Assembly (NCBI GenBank): GCA_002633005.1
Contig: NMRA01000010.1
Coordinates: forward strand, 1,990,516-2,054,515
Source: Phoronis australis
Taxonomy: Eukaryota > Animalia > Phoronida
Direction: 5' to 3'
DNA: 64,000 nt
The position numbers and the translations under genes were made by a program. The notes beneath the pieces were generated by a model. That model was given only the letters and a program-made list of their open reading frames with translations, was not told the origin of the DNA and ran no database searches. Position 1 is the stretch's first letter; the number at the start of each line of letters is the position of its first letter. Positions 26,801-38,800 of this stretch are shown one piece after another.

Positions 26801-29800
26801 TAACAGGGTATTTAGGGCCTTTAGGTGTCTTTATTATATAAATGACATGGCATCTAAGAAGACTTTAAACATCTTCTGCTAATATTGTCTGTTCCTGTTC
26901 GGCACCATCTTGTATCAATCACGTCATTTCAGAATATGGGATCGGAAAGTTCTATGTAACTTTGGCATCTGTGTTTGTGATAAATAAATTGCTTGTTTGA
27001 AGCTGGAGTCTGCAGCACTTTTCTTCACTTCAGATCCTGCAGCTGTACACTGCCTTGCAGTCGAGACCTGGGGTAGTTTTGATTGGCCAACCAGGCAGTG
27101 GCAAGTCCACATGCATCAACATTCTTCAGAAGGTCATGAACTTTCTGAATGAGCAGCAGGATGCCGAGAATGACAGTCTCAAGTCAAAGAAGAACATGAT
27201 GTTCTACAACAAGAAAAAAATAGCCGTAAGTAATTTTAATTCAAATCTGTTGATTGAACATTTTAAGGTTATCTATGACCTTAATAAATGACCTCAACTC
27301 TAAGTCAGATATTGAAAAAAGAATATGATTTGTAAACCATACATATTTTATGAAAGGAGAAATATTGAGGATTCTGGTAATATCATTCATAGCAAAATAC
27401 CCCCCAGCCGATTTTACCAAATCTTTTTTACTGTACCTTTCTTGCACATGACAATTTGAGTTAAAAATGTGGTCCAGTGACACTCATAAAGACACAGTAG
27501 TAAGATGCATATTTTTAGAATCCTCCATGTTTCTCCTTTCAGAAAATAATATTATATACTTTTACTGGTTGACAAAGCATATTTTTTTCAATATTTGACT
27601 TAGAGTTGAGGTCATTTATTAAGGTCCTAGATAACCTTAATTACTAAAAAGAGGTTTGAAAAATATAGATGCTTCATTTTACTTTAATTTTTCAACTTTT
27701 CTTCTTTGAGATTAATTGAAGTTTGTTTGTCTTTAGCCTTGACTTTCAGTTTTTGATTTCGTTTTGTATTTTATTTTATTTTATTTTTCTTCTGATCATT
27801 TTGGTTTCAACACTTCTCTCATCTTGTGTTCTTTCTCATCTGTTCATTTCGTTCATTTCGTTCATTTCGTTTATTTGCCAGGTTGATGTTCAACAGGTAA
27901 TGTGTTACGAATACTACAGTGTGCTTTCTTGAATAAATAAAAGTATATTGAGCACTAATTGCACTACATAAAACTAAATAATATGCACACAAATTACAGT
28001 TTTATGTGTCTGTGCTGATATTTCATAGTCTAGCAGTGATGCACGTGGTGTGAGAATACGGCATGGCAGATTTGTGTGGTAATTTGTTGGATTTCTTAGT
28101 CAGTATTAACTTGCATAGTGTTTTTGAACTAGCTTGCAAATTACATTAAATGTTGCACTGCTTTTTATTGTTTGGTGGTTTCAATAGTTGATTTGTTGTT
28201 TAATTTAATAAACATGCTTTGGTTACGTATCTAGTTGCACATCCCGCGTATTTTTTAAATTACCCTAGTGCGTTCATAGAGTATACACGTACCCGCTGAT
28301 CGTGCAAGGCATGTAACACTGCAATACTTACAATGGGATGGATATCAAATATTTTATTTAATTAAAGTTTTTATCTTGAAACAAATTTTATTTCATCATT
28401 TAGCTTGTTTTATACTGTGCAATTTATCATTGAGTAAATCTTAGATGATTTTTTGAGCATTTTAACATTGTTCAAGAAAAGAGACTTTGAAAAGGGATAA
28501 ATTAAATTACAATTTTGGCAATTATTTCTGTACAGAATGGAAAAAGAACTGTTGTGTCTGACTTAGAGAAGGTTTCCATAGTGTTATGCTGGGTAAGCAG
28601 TGTGTGCGGTACTCTTAGATGTACTGAGCTGCTTGTCAGTGACTGTGACCAGCAGCCAACATTGTGATTAGTCATGTGGGACTGGTGACTCGTGCTGCCA
28701 TCTATCTGATGTCTACTGTTGTATTTCAAATTCACAGTAAGCCATACTGAGGCGCCTGCAATGACACTAGTGTCCTGCGAGTGAAAATCAGATGATCGAT
28801 ATTGAGTAACATAATGGTGCAGTGTATTGCGGAATCTTGCCATTGTTACCATAGCGACAGCTTTGCAATCTTACTGGCAGAATTACGTGACACTAATGAT
28901 CTTACAAATTTTTGTAAGGAAGTGGAGCATTGTCTACCCATCATGAGGGCTGAGTGCAAGCTAAATTCACCCTTATCATGCCGAGGGGAGATGCATTTTT
29001 TCCCATTAGTCTTGTCATGTGTTCAAAAGAAATTACCACTGACAGTTGCCTGTTTTTTCTGCTGTTTAGCAAATGTCGATTTCAACATCGCAACTTTTTA
29101 ATGGAGCCTACTATTGAAATCAATATGTCCACAGATACGATCGCAACTAAACTCTGCCGTCACATTTGAAAGTGCACCTTCACCGTTTTGAAAGTAATTG
29201 GTGAAGCAAAACACAGTTGATGGTAACCCAAGCAGCCTGTGGGCGATTAGTAAAAAAATTGAAAAGTATGCGGTGGACACTGATGTGAGCACAGGAGTTA
29301 TTTCAATATTCAAGTATCTTTCAAATATTTAGTCAATGCGCCTGTTGGCATGTAATGCCATGGTTCGAGTGTTACGCCATGGTTTGAATGTTGCCGTGTT
29401 CAGATGATGTGTCAGCAGAGGATAGTCCCACATGGCAGTTGTTGTCGTTGGTGGTGGTGGTTTGTGAATGTTTCACGTCACACTTTTATTGTGTTCATAT
29501 ATTTGAAACAGGAGGACGAGGACGAGGAGGTAACTTTCTGTGGTGGTTTCTGTATTACTAATAAATTAAATGAAGTATTATATGAATAGAGCTCCTTTTT
29601 TCTTGGAGTATTTTACGAATGACTGCATTGGCAATGATGTTGAGCCAATAAATGGAGATTTGGAGAACGCTTCACTTTTTAAGTGTTTTTGTTTGCAAAT
29701 GTACCAAGTTTGGTATGTGTTTTGTAAGTTTTTAGTTTGTGAACATTTGGTTTGTGGATGGTTTATGTGAAATTCTGAAAGAAAGTTTCTCCTCCAAAAA

Positions 29801-32800
29801 TCTGTACTTCATCTTTTAAGGAACCTTTTGCATAATTATGATTTTGAAATGTGAGCTTTAAGCCGCTTCTCTCTGTACGCATGCGTAGTGGCACATATCT
29901 GCAGCTGCTTAGTTTATTGCATGGTGGAGGCTTTTGAATTATGGGTTGATAATAAATAATAGTTTGGTGATTTAAGTCTTTATTTGCTTTGTCATGTACA
30001 TGCAAATACTGGTTTGGGAAATTTGATTTTAATTTAAATGAAGTTGTATAATTTCAAAATAACCTGCCAAAATGACATTCAAGTGGAAGTAGCTATGAAA
30101 ATAACATTTTGCAAAACATGAAATTCCAATGTCTCATGTTTACCTTTGAAGAGGACATCTCTTGTCGTAGTATGAGTATAGGTTAGTTTTACCTGACCAC
30201 GCTGTGTGACATAGCCTGGATTTGATTCAGGCTCCCTGTGTGTACCAAGTCAATTCGGTCACATCTCAGGCATTTGATTGGTTCCTGGTGATGACCTTTA
30301 GCTCAGAAACCAATCCGATTCCTTTTATGCCAGCTGATCTAGTGTTGACCTCCTCAGTGACTTGAACACCCAACTTGATTTGCCAATGTACCAAGTACGT
30401 TGTGTCTAGAAGTCTAAAAATTTGGAGTTGTTATACACGGGGTATTTTTGAGAGCCTGTTCATCACTGTTGAGTGTTGTGTTCCCAGTTAACAGTGTATG
30501 TTTTGCAAATTGTTGCATAAAATTTACATCAACTTAATCTGCTTCAAAAAGTCATTTTTCCAACTTGCCTTGAAACATCACTGAAGCAGTATTTGCCTTT
30601 AACCATGCCAAGACGAGATGTTTTCCCAATTTATTCGATAAACTTAATACCTATAATTATCCCTCCAGGAAACGTACTAAATACAATCCGACCCCTGACC
30701 CCTGAACTAACCTGGTCGTTGTATTCTGTTACCTTATTGTATTTTGGTTTCTAATTTTAATCACTACCTACCATATTCATTTATGACTTGGTGTTCTAAG
30801 CTTTGTCCCTGGTCTGCTACCTCTGCCCTTTGCAGCGCCAGAATTGCCCAGACGGCCTGAAGTTTGTTTCATGAAACTGACTTAAGACAGAAATTTCAGT
30901 GTTTTAAAAGATTTGTCCGAGCAGTAATGAGCGCATCAAAGTCTAGAAATTATTTATAGAAATTATCTCAGTAACTAGCAGTTATGCGTATACTCTTGCA
31001 GACTGTGCAATTATTGCGCAGGTGAGGTTTAATTATTTCTCATGAATAGATATGTGGAGCGTGAAACCAAATTCTTGTCTTAAGTCTTAGCCGCTATTCA
31101 TGAAACAGACCCCAGGGCTTTTTCAAACATTAAAAGCTGTAGTTTTCCCTGTATAGCTGGTTTAAAAAAGAAAGTCAATTAGCCTACCTCTCATGAAATC
31201 GATTTCATCAATTATTTATTGTGATAGGTTTCCAACTCGATTCACTGAAAAGTGTTCTTGAAATGGAAATAGAACACTACCTAGTCAGTAAGAAAAATTA
31301 CGAGACCAATTTTGAAAGCAATAATCTAATATAACCAGTTTTCTCCACTGAATAACAGGCATCAACCGGTTCTCAAAATGCGGGCATGTTTTATTACACA
31401 ATGAGATTAAAAGGCTTGCCCTGAGTTTTGTTTTGAGCCAGCTAAACAGGCCCAAACGCAGCTTTAAATTGGAGTCGTTTACAGGCCTTCTAAAGCAAGG
31501 ACATGTCCACATGTCCTAACATAAATCCTATTAGGTGTTCTTTTGTGTGACACATAAGGTTAAATTGGTGAATGTAGTCTATGTTTGAAGTTCTCTATTG
31601 GTGAAATTCACATGCGAATTAGCAGTCGCTGCTTTTGAGAACAATTTAGCTTGCAATATGGCCGACTCGTGAGACTTGGAAATGCCTGTAGTTCCTACTC
31701 TCTTCCAGTGTCATTTGTTGTTGGATTGTAAGAAAATGGCTTGAAATTTCTCAACCAGTTCAAGACAAAATTGTAAATAATCTGTTAACTGAGTGTTTTT
31801 CTGAAATTTTTTAAAGCAACTTTTTGAAAGCACTTGCCGGAAATGGAAAGAGTAATGTTTCCGGGTCATTAACTAAACAAAGGTCAATGTTTCTGGGTCA
31901 CAAGTTAAACAAAGGTCAATGTTTCTGGGTCACAAGTTAAACAATCTTCTTCCCCCCCATGATACACAAGGGCATTCTTATTAACGCTGTCCTTTTCTCA
32001 TTGATATAATGCTAGGCTTTTGGGCTGTAGTTCTTCTCTTGCCAACCACAATTTCAATCTTCCATATTCAGTGGTTTCCTCATTGACCACATTCCATTCA
32101 TGACTGACAGGAGGCGGGGTTACACTTGATTGACACTATGTAGCATTTGTCAGGTACAGTGTATCAGGTCTGTCTGTACACTATTGGCTACACATGTGCT
32201 TAATGAGAAAATAATTGCATTTGTACTAAAAATTTTGCATCACTTGAGAAAAAAAATGCACCTCATACAAAAAAGAAAGCTGTTAGCAAGAATGCCTTTA
32301 AGTGTTCCATCAGGAAGAGGTATTGTCTACTCTGAATTTTAGTAATAGAATCCTTCTCTCCGTAGCTCTTGCAGGGTGAAGTGAGCAAGTCCAAGACGCA
32401 AGTACAGGCCATGGGACGGTGGAAGAAGATGACGTCCTATGGCAAGGCCACTGCCATGGCAACCAACATGATTGACAACGTTATTTTCAAGGCTCGCTAT
32501 CCAAAGGTGGAAGTTTTGACGCTTAACCCGACAGGGAGAACTCCAGCTGAGGTATAAGCTCCATAAGCTGAAAAATTCACTTGCAGGAACGGGGAAGTCC
32601 TGGATTACACAGCGACACTTGAATCTCGCTGTATTTACCCACAATGCCGTAAACATCCGTCAGGCACATTTGCTGCCTCGTTTTCATGCCACTGGAGTTT
32701 CACATGTTATTTGTAGTTGTCTGGTTCGTTACAAATTTTTCTCAGTTGTATTACTTTGTTTGTAATAAGCATGTTAATGTTTACTTTTTTCTGGTGTATG

Positions 32801-35800
32801 GTTCCCACTTGGAACTTTTGGTTTGTAAGTCTTTAATTAATTTGTTTGTTTTTAGTCTTGTTTCAAAGGTGGCAATGTGAAGTTGTGATTGTGTCGGTTC
32901 CTGCATTTCAGTTGTATGGTTGTTTCCAAGATGGCCGTTGGAACGATGGCCTGTTGCTGCGTGTCTTGCAAGACTCTCATCATAAGTTTACCTCAGCTGT
33001 ACACTTCATTGACAATTTTGATGAGAAGAAAAACAAGCTGCCCATAACAGCACCCTCTATTATAAATAAGTGGGTTGTCCTAGATGGAGAGATGGATGCC
33101 AGCTGGGTTGATGGACTGAACGGTCTCTTAGACCCCTCCCACCGCCTTCTAGCAGCCAATGGCGAGACAGTGTTTATTGATGGTAGGTTGTACTTTTTGT
33201 ATTGTATTGTAATGATGCAGTACCTGGTGAGAATTGTTTTGTGGTCAGTTGATATAAATACCTCTATGTGTGATAGGGTGTAATTATTTGCTGTTATTGC
33301 TTTCAGAAGAAATAATTGCAAAATGAAAATAATGGTTGTGATTTGCGTAAGAGTTATGACTGAAGGTAATTTTCATATTAGTTGTATGTACATACTATTG
33401 CTTTGATTGAGCAGTTTGGTAATGCCAAAATACAGAACTAGTAAAAAGTACTCAGACAAAATCACTCGGTGTGCTATGTCGTGACAGCTGGGCGGAAGGT
33501 GAAGTCAACATCAGAGTAGAGAATGACTANNNNNNNNNNNNNNNNNNNNNNNNNNNNNNNNNNNNNNNNNNNNNNNNNNNNNNNNNNNNNNNNNNNNNNN
33601 NNNNNNNNNNNNNNNNNNNNNNNNNNNNNNNNNNNNNNNNNNNNNNNNNNNNNNNNNNNNNNNNNNNNNNNNNNNNNNNNNNNNNNNNNNNNNNNNNNNN
33701 NNNNNNNNNNNNNNNNNNNNNNNNNNNNNNNNNNNNNNNNNNNNNNNNNNNNNNNNNNNNNNNNNNNNNNNNNNNNNNNNNNNNNNNNNNNNNNNNNNNN
33801 NNNNNNNNNNNNNNNNNNNNNNNNNNNNNNNNNNNNNNNNNNNNNNNNNNNNNNNNNNNNNNNNNNNNNNNNNNNNNNNNNNNNNNNNNNNNNNNNNNNN
33901 NNNNNNNNNNNNNNNNNNNNNNNNNNNNNNNNNNNNNNNNNNNNNNNNNNNNNNNNNNNNNNNNNNNNNNNNNNNNNNNNNNNNNNNNNNNNNNNNNNNN
34001 NNNNNNNNNNNNNNNNNNNNNNNNNNNNNNNNNNNNNNNNNNNNNNNNNNNNNNNNNNNNNNNNNNNNNNNNNNNNNNNNNNNNNNNNNNNNNNNNNNNN
34101 NNNNNNNNNCACACACACACACACACACACACAAATCATCACTTTGTGTCTCAGCAAAGAATGGATTTAGTTGAGCATGAGTGTGTTATTTTTGTGAGTT
34201 GCTTCGTTTTTTCATACTGTCCTTTTCCTTGTTCTGCTTTAACCAAAGTTCTACAACAATGTTCTCTAGGCTTCAGATGTTAACTGATCTTGTGAATGAC
34301 GTCTGCCGACCGACGCTCACATTTCTGCGAGATGAGTGCAGCCCTAGTCTCCGTGTCAACCAGTTCAGGTCGAGCAATCAAACGGTGACTGGTGTGGAAG
34401 AGATCTCTTCATTGTTAAGGATTTTGTCATCCATGTTGAACCAACATTTCATGAGAGACGTTCACGAGCGAACCGAGCGTCTCTTGCACATGGAGTCCTC
34501 AAAAGGTAAAATGGCGATGATACAGAAAGCTGCAGGTTTTAAGATCGACATACTAGTGCTAGTTAGGTCAAGTTGAAATCACAAACTTTATACTCAGGAA
34601 TAAATTAGTCCAATGACCACGAACCTTCCTGTTGAAACAATCAAAGAACTCCGTTGGACCCATGATCAAGGTACCTAAACTACACTGTCAATGGACTCAT
34701 AAACACGACTCACGGACCTGCAAACACTGTCCACTGACTCACAAACACGGGAACGGACTCACAAAACACGATCCACGCACCCAAATACACGGGACACGGA
34801 CTCATATTCACGAGGAAACTCTGTTAACGGACCGCCAAACACGGGTCACGGACTCATCGGCTTCTTGGGTCAGCTGACATCTTCATTATGTCCGTGACCC
34901 GTGTTTGGCGGTCCGTTAACTGTGTTTCCTCGTGAATATGAGTCCGTGTCCCGTGTATTTGGGTGCGTGGATCGTGTTTTGTGAGTCCGTTCCTGTGTTT
35001 GTGAGTCAGTGGACGGTGTTTGCAGGTCCGTGAGTCGTGTTTATGTGTCCGTTGACCGTGCGGGTATGTGTAATTGGGAATCATGCTAAAAAAAGGTTGA
35101 GTCTCAAAACACAACTCGGAAAAATGGTTTTCAAAGATGGCGCTTTTAAGTGAAAATTGTTTTCGTTAAGGTGAAGGTTATCTTGTAAAGTCAGCTAACT
35201 AAAGCCAAAGGTTTCCCGGTATTGTGGTACTTTTCAGCAGAATTTAAAAAAATGAAAATTGTTGTGAAAGTAACCGTACTGTGCTTGAAAGAAGCATAAC
35301 TGCTATTTCATTTTAACAGGAATTATAGTTGAGTTTCAACTGCATTCATTTGTTGCTTGATGTAAAACTGTTTGATTGAACTAAAACATATGCGACTGAA
35401 CTAAAACTTGTATGTGACAAATCTGGTTAGTAACGTTACACGCAAGATTTTGTCAAGTGAGCGTATTCATATAATTTGCTTTTTATGTTCCAGACTCCCT
35501 AGTTGGACACCCAAGCCGTGGTTCCCTGCGGTCGGCACCGTCTGACCTGGAGATGACCATTGATAACTACCTACCCAATCTGAAGTCCATGTTTGCCTTT
35601 GCCTACATATGGGGCTTTGGAGGGCATCTGCATGAACGGTATGAGTGGGTGATTCCATGCTCACTAGGTGGCACTAGTGTGTATAGCAGTACTGTATGCA
35701 GTTCAGTAGTCACCTGGTACCCATACTCCACATATGCCTCCAGGCTAATGAACTACTTTCTGCTCTTAATCTGTGTTCAAAAGAAGGAATGTTACTCGTT

Positions 35801-38800
35801 AGCACCACCTAGTGGATCTTCTCAGTATCGAATGGGTAATTAAGAAAATGGCCTATAATACAACTGCCAGCATGTTTCCACAGCTCCACTGTCATTCTCA
35901 AGGCTAAGGAATTATGGCAGTTACCCTAATGCATGGTGTCAGCAGCCTTGTGAATAACTGGAGCTGTCGAAACATGTTGCCAGTTACTCATTTATTGCTG
36001 GAAGATCCTTTGTGGAAGTCATTCAAGACATCACTTAGTGAACATTGAGTATTCCATTAGAATCTTTTGAGTAGCTCAAACCACAGATTGGGTTTTTCTT
36101 TTATTTCAGGTATTTGTTTGAGGAATGGGGGGACAGAGATTTCCAAGAATCATGAGAAATATGAATTTTGCGTGGGCAACTACTTTCTCCAACTTTTTTG
36201 ATGCAATGTCTGATATTTGAGAAATATGATGAACACCAAAATTACTCTTATTCTAATTTTAAGAATCAATAAAATAGACAATTTTAACTTGAATTTCACT
36301 GTCTCAAACTTTAAAGGTTGTACCAAACTGGAGAATTTTTACCATAGATACTTTTTGAGCAAATTACAGTTCTGACACTAATTTTTGTCTGAAATTGATG
36401 AGGTTTTTTGTCGTGTTAAATAGCAATAAGCCATTGCTCTGTATCCCCTTTGTTTAGATATTCCAACCGCTTCGATGTGTTCGCTCGCGAGACCTTGCAT
36501 CGAGCGCGACATCCGATAAGTCTGCCCAGAGGCTGCCTTTGTTACGACATCTGGGTTGATGTGAAGCAGGGAACATTTGTCAAGTGGAATGAGCGCCCTC
36601 TGGAGAAGTCGAGAAGTACCAATTATGTTGTTATCCCTGAGGTATGGTTAGATTTCAAAAAAACTACACGATTCAACCTCTTACTTTTTCTCTCAACTGT
36701 AAATCATCGCGTGGCACTTATATTTGATTAAAATGCTTTTTCAATTAAATCGTTTTGATGTTAATTTAGGCAAGTAAAGCAAATTATTCTGGCATGTTTT
36801 CAAAATCAGTATGACTTTCGATAAGTGTTGAGTGGGTCCATTGTTATTTTTACATGCACATTTGTTCGGATGAATTTTTGTGGTTGTTACCCTTTCATTA
36901 AATAGATATCAGTTACATAGTTTTCAAGCGATCTTGGTTTGCATAAAGGTGCATAAGACACTTTTGTGTTGGGACGCATGGCCATAGATATGCCCTAGAT
37001 TTTTTATTGTTACCCTAGACCTGCAGCCCATTATAATTTTATTAGGTACGATGTATAAAACTTTTACTCTTTTGTTGTATTGAGTGATTTTGACGTTTGG
37101 TGTTTTCACAGATGGAGCGGTATAACTACCTGTGTGACATTCTTATCTCATCACACTCCCCTGTGTTGTTAGTGGGTCAGCCAGGTGTGGGCAAGACATC
37201 GTTAGTCAAGGTAGGTTTAGTCTTTGAATAAATGGTAGAAGATTGTATGATTTTATAACCAACTATTCATGATTAGGGGAATGCTTATTTCTTACATTTT
37301 ATAACTCAATAATAGATTAGCACAATTGGTGGACAGTAGTTCAACAAAATTTATTTTCAACAATTGGTCATTATTAGCTTGGTTTGGTTAGAGTAGGTGT
37401 TATGAAACAACATTTGAAAAATAGAAAAATAAATTTTGATTATATGAAATAAATGAAGAATTATGATGTGAAATTATGATGTGAAACTATGATGTGAAAT
37501 TATGATGTGAACATCCTATGGAGTAGGTCAATTTTACATTCTCCTTTAATTGGTTTATTCTTGTTGCACTATTCTCATACTTGAGTCATGGAAGCAAGCA
37601 AAAATATATTGATTAATTGGTATATAATTTTGTTGTTATAAATCACCATGTTGATATCATGTAAGTAAGAATTATTAGTTGCCAACAGTGTATGAAGTCT
37701 AATAATTCTTACTTATCGATAAATTGTCTTTCTGTTGAGTAATTGTTTATCACATGATAGAAAATTGTAATACACAGAATCCATTTTTTGTCCACAGAAC
37801 ATGGTTGGCTCAAAGCACACCTACGTTCGCGTGAACATGTCTACAGACATGAACCCTGACATTTTCCAAGAGCGCATCAGCACGTTTGTTCACGACCTCA
37901 ATCAACGCTCAGCTGACAACCTTATGCCATCCTCCAAGACCACGCTGGTGACAAATAGGTGCAAGGACCGCCTGCTTTTCTTCCTGGATGACCTCAACAT
38001 GGCAGGTGTTGATGACATGGGTAAGATCAGTTAAATTCAACAAAGCCTTGACTCAGCAAAGTTTTTGTCAATAACTTTGATGATGTGAGGATTTTTTGAA
38101 AGAAGAACAGCCCTAGAAATTGCTTGTACCCATTTACTAGCATGACCAAACTCAGATGACAGAGACACCTGTGTGCAATGCTTGATTATCTGTCAGTAAA
38201 GCCAGGATTTGAACAGGTGTCTCCCTAACAGGAATGGGGAGCACAAACCACTGAGTCACACTGCCTCCTGTAAGAATTGGTTATTGATTTTTCGTTGCAC
38301 CACTTTGAAATTGGTTGTCTTATGTCTCTACAAGATGTCTGTTGTTTCTTTTCAACCTTAACCATAGCTCTTAGAAAGGCAATGGGCTTCATTGTACAAT
38401 AATGTGTCGTTTGAACCACGGTCACAGAATCGACGATTAAGTCAGTTTTAGTAAAAATCCACCCTCCAAACTAATTTAGTTTTTAATTTCACTATCTACC
38501 GTTGAAAATTTGGTATCAACTAGTACGACACTGTTCCTTGCTTATGTTTGGAGTGGTTTCTTGGCTTGTTAATGACTGGCAGAGTGTTATTGGATTAGAC
38601 CAGACAGGTTACACTAACTTATTGAGTCTCAATTAATGCGAGTAAACTAAGTTGAGATCAGTTTTAGGCTGTCAGTAATTTGTCAAGAAGCCTGAAAGCT
38701 TTTTGACAAATTACAAGTTCGCAGTAATTTTAAGAAGTTAATGAGAGGTCTGTTCACTCTTCAACAACTGCATGAGCTGGACCTTTAGAATGGCCGCTGA

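Noticed and set aside
33471-34283. Five long ORFs of 200-270 aa
   Set aside because: They are translations through the N-gap.
34632-35114. Two facing ORFs with nearly the same His/Thr-rich peptide
   Set aside because: A by-product of the DNA palindrome; no splice or coding context.
38200-38268. Functional tRNA gene (also at 23610..23684)
   Set aside because: A and B boxes are present but I could not fold a full cloverleaf with an acceptor stem; treated as SINE heads.
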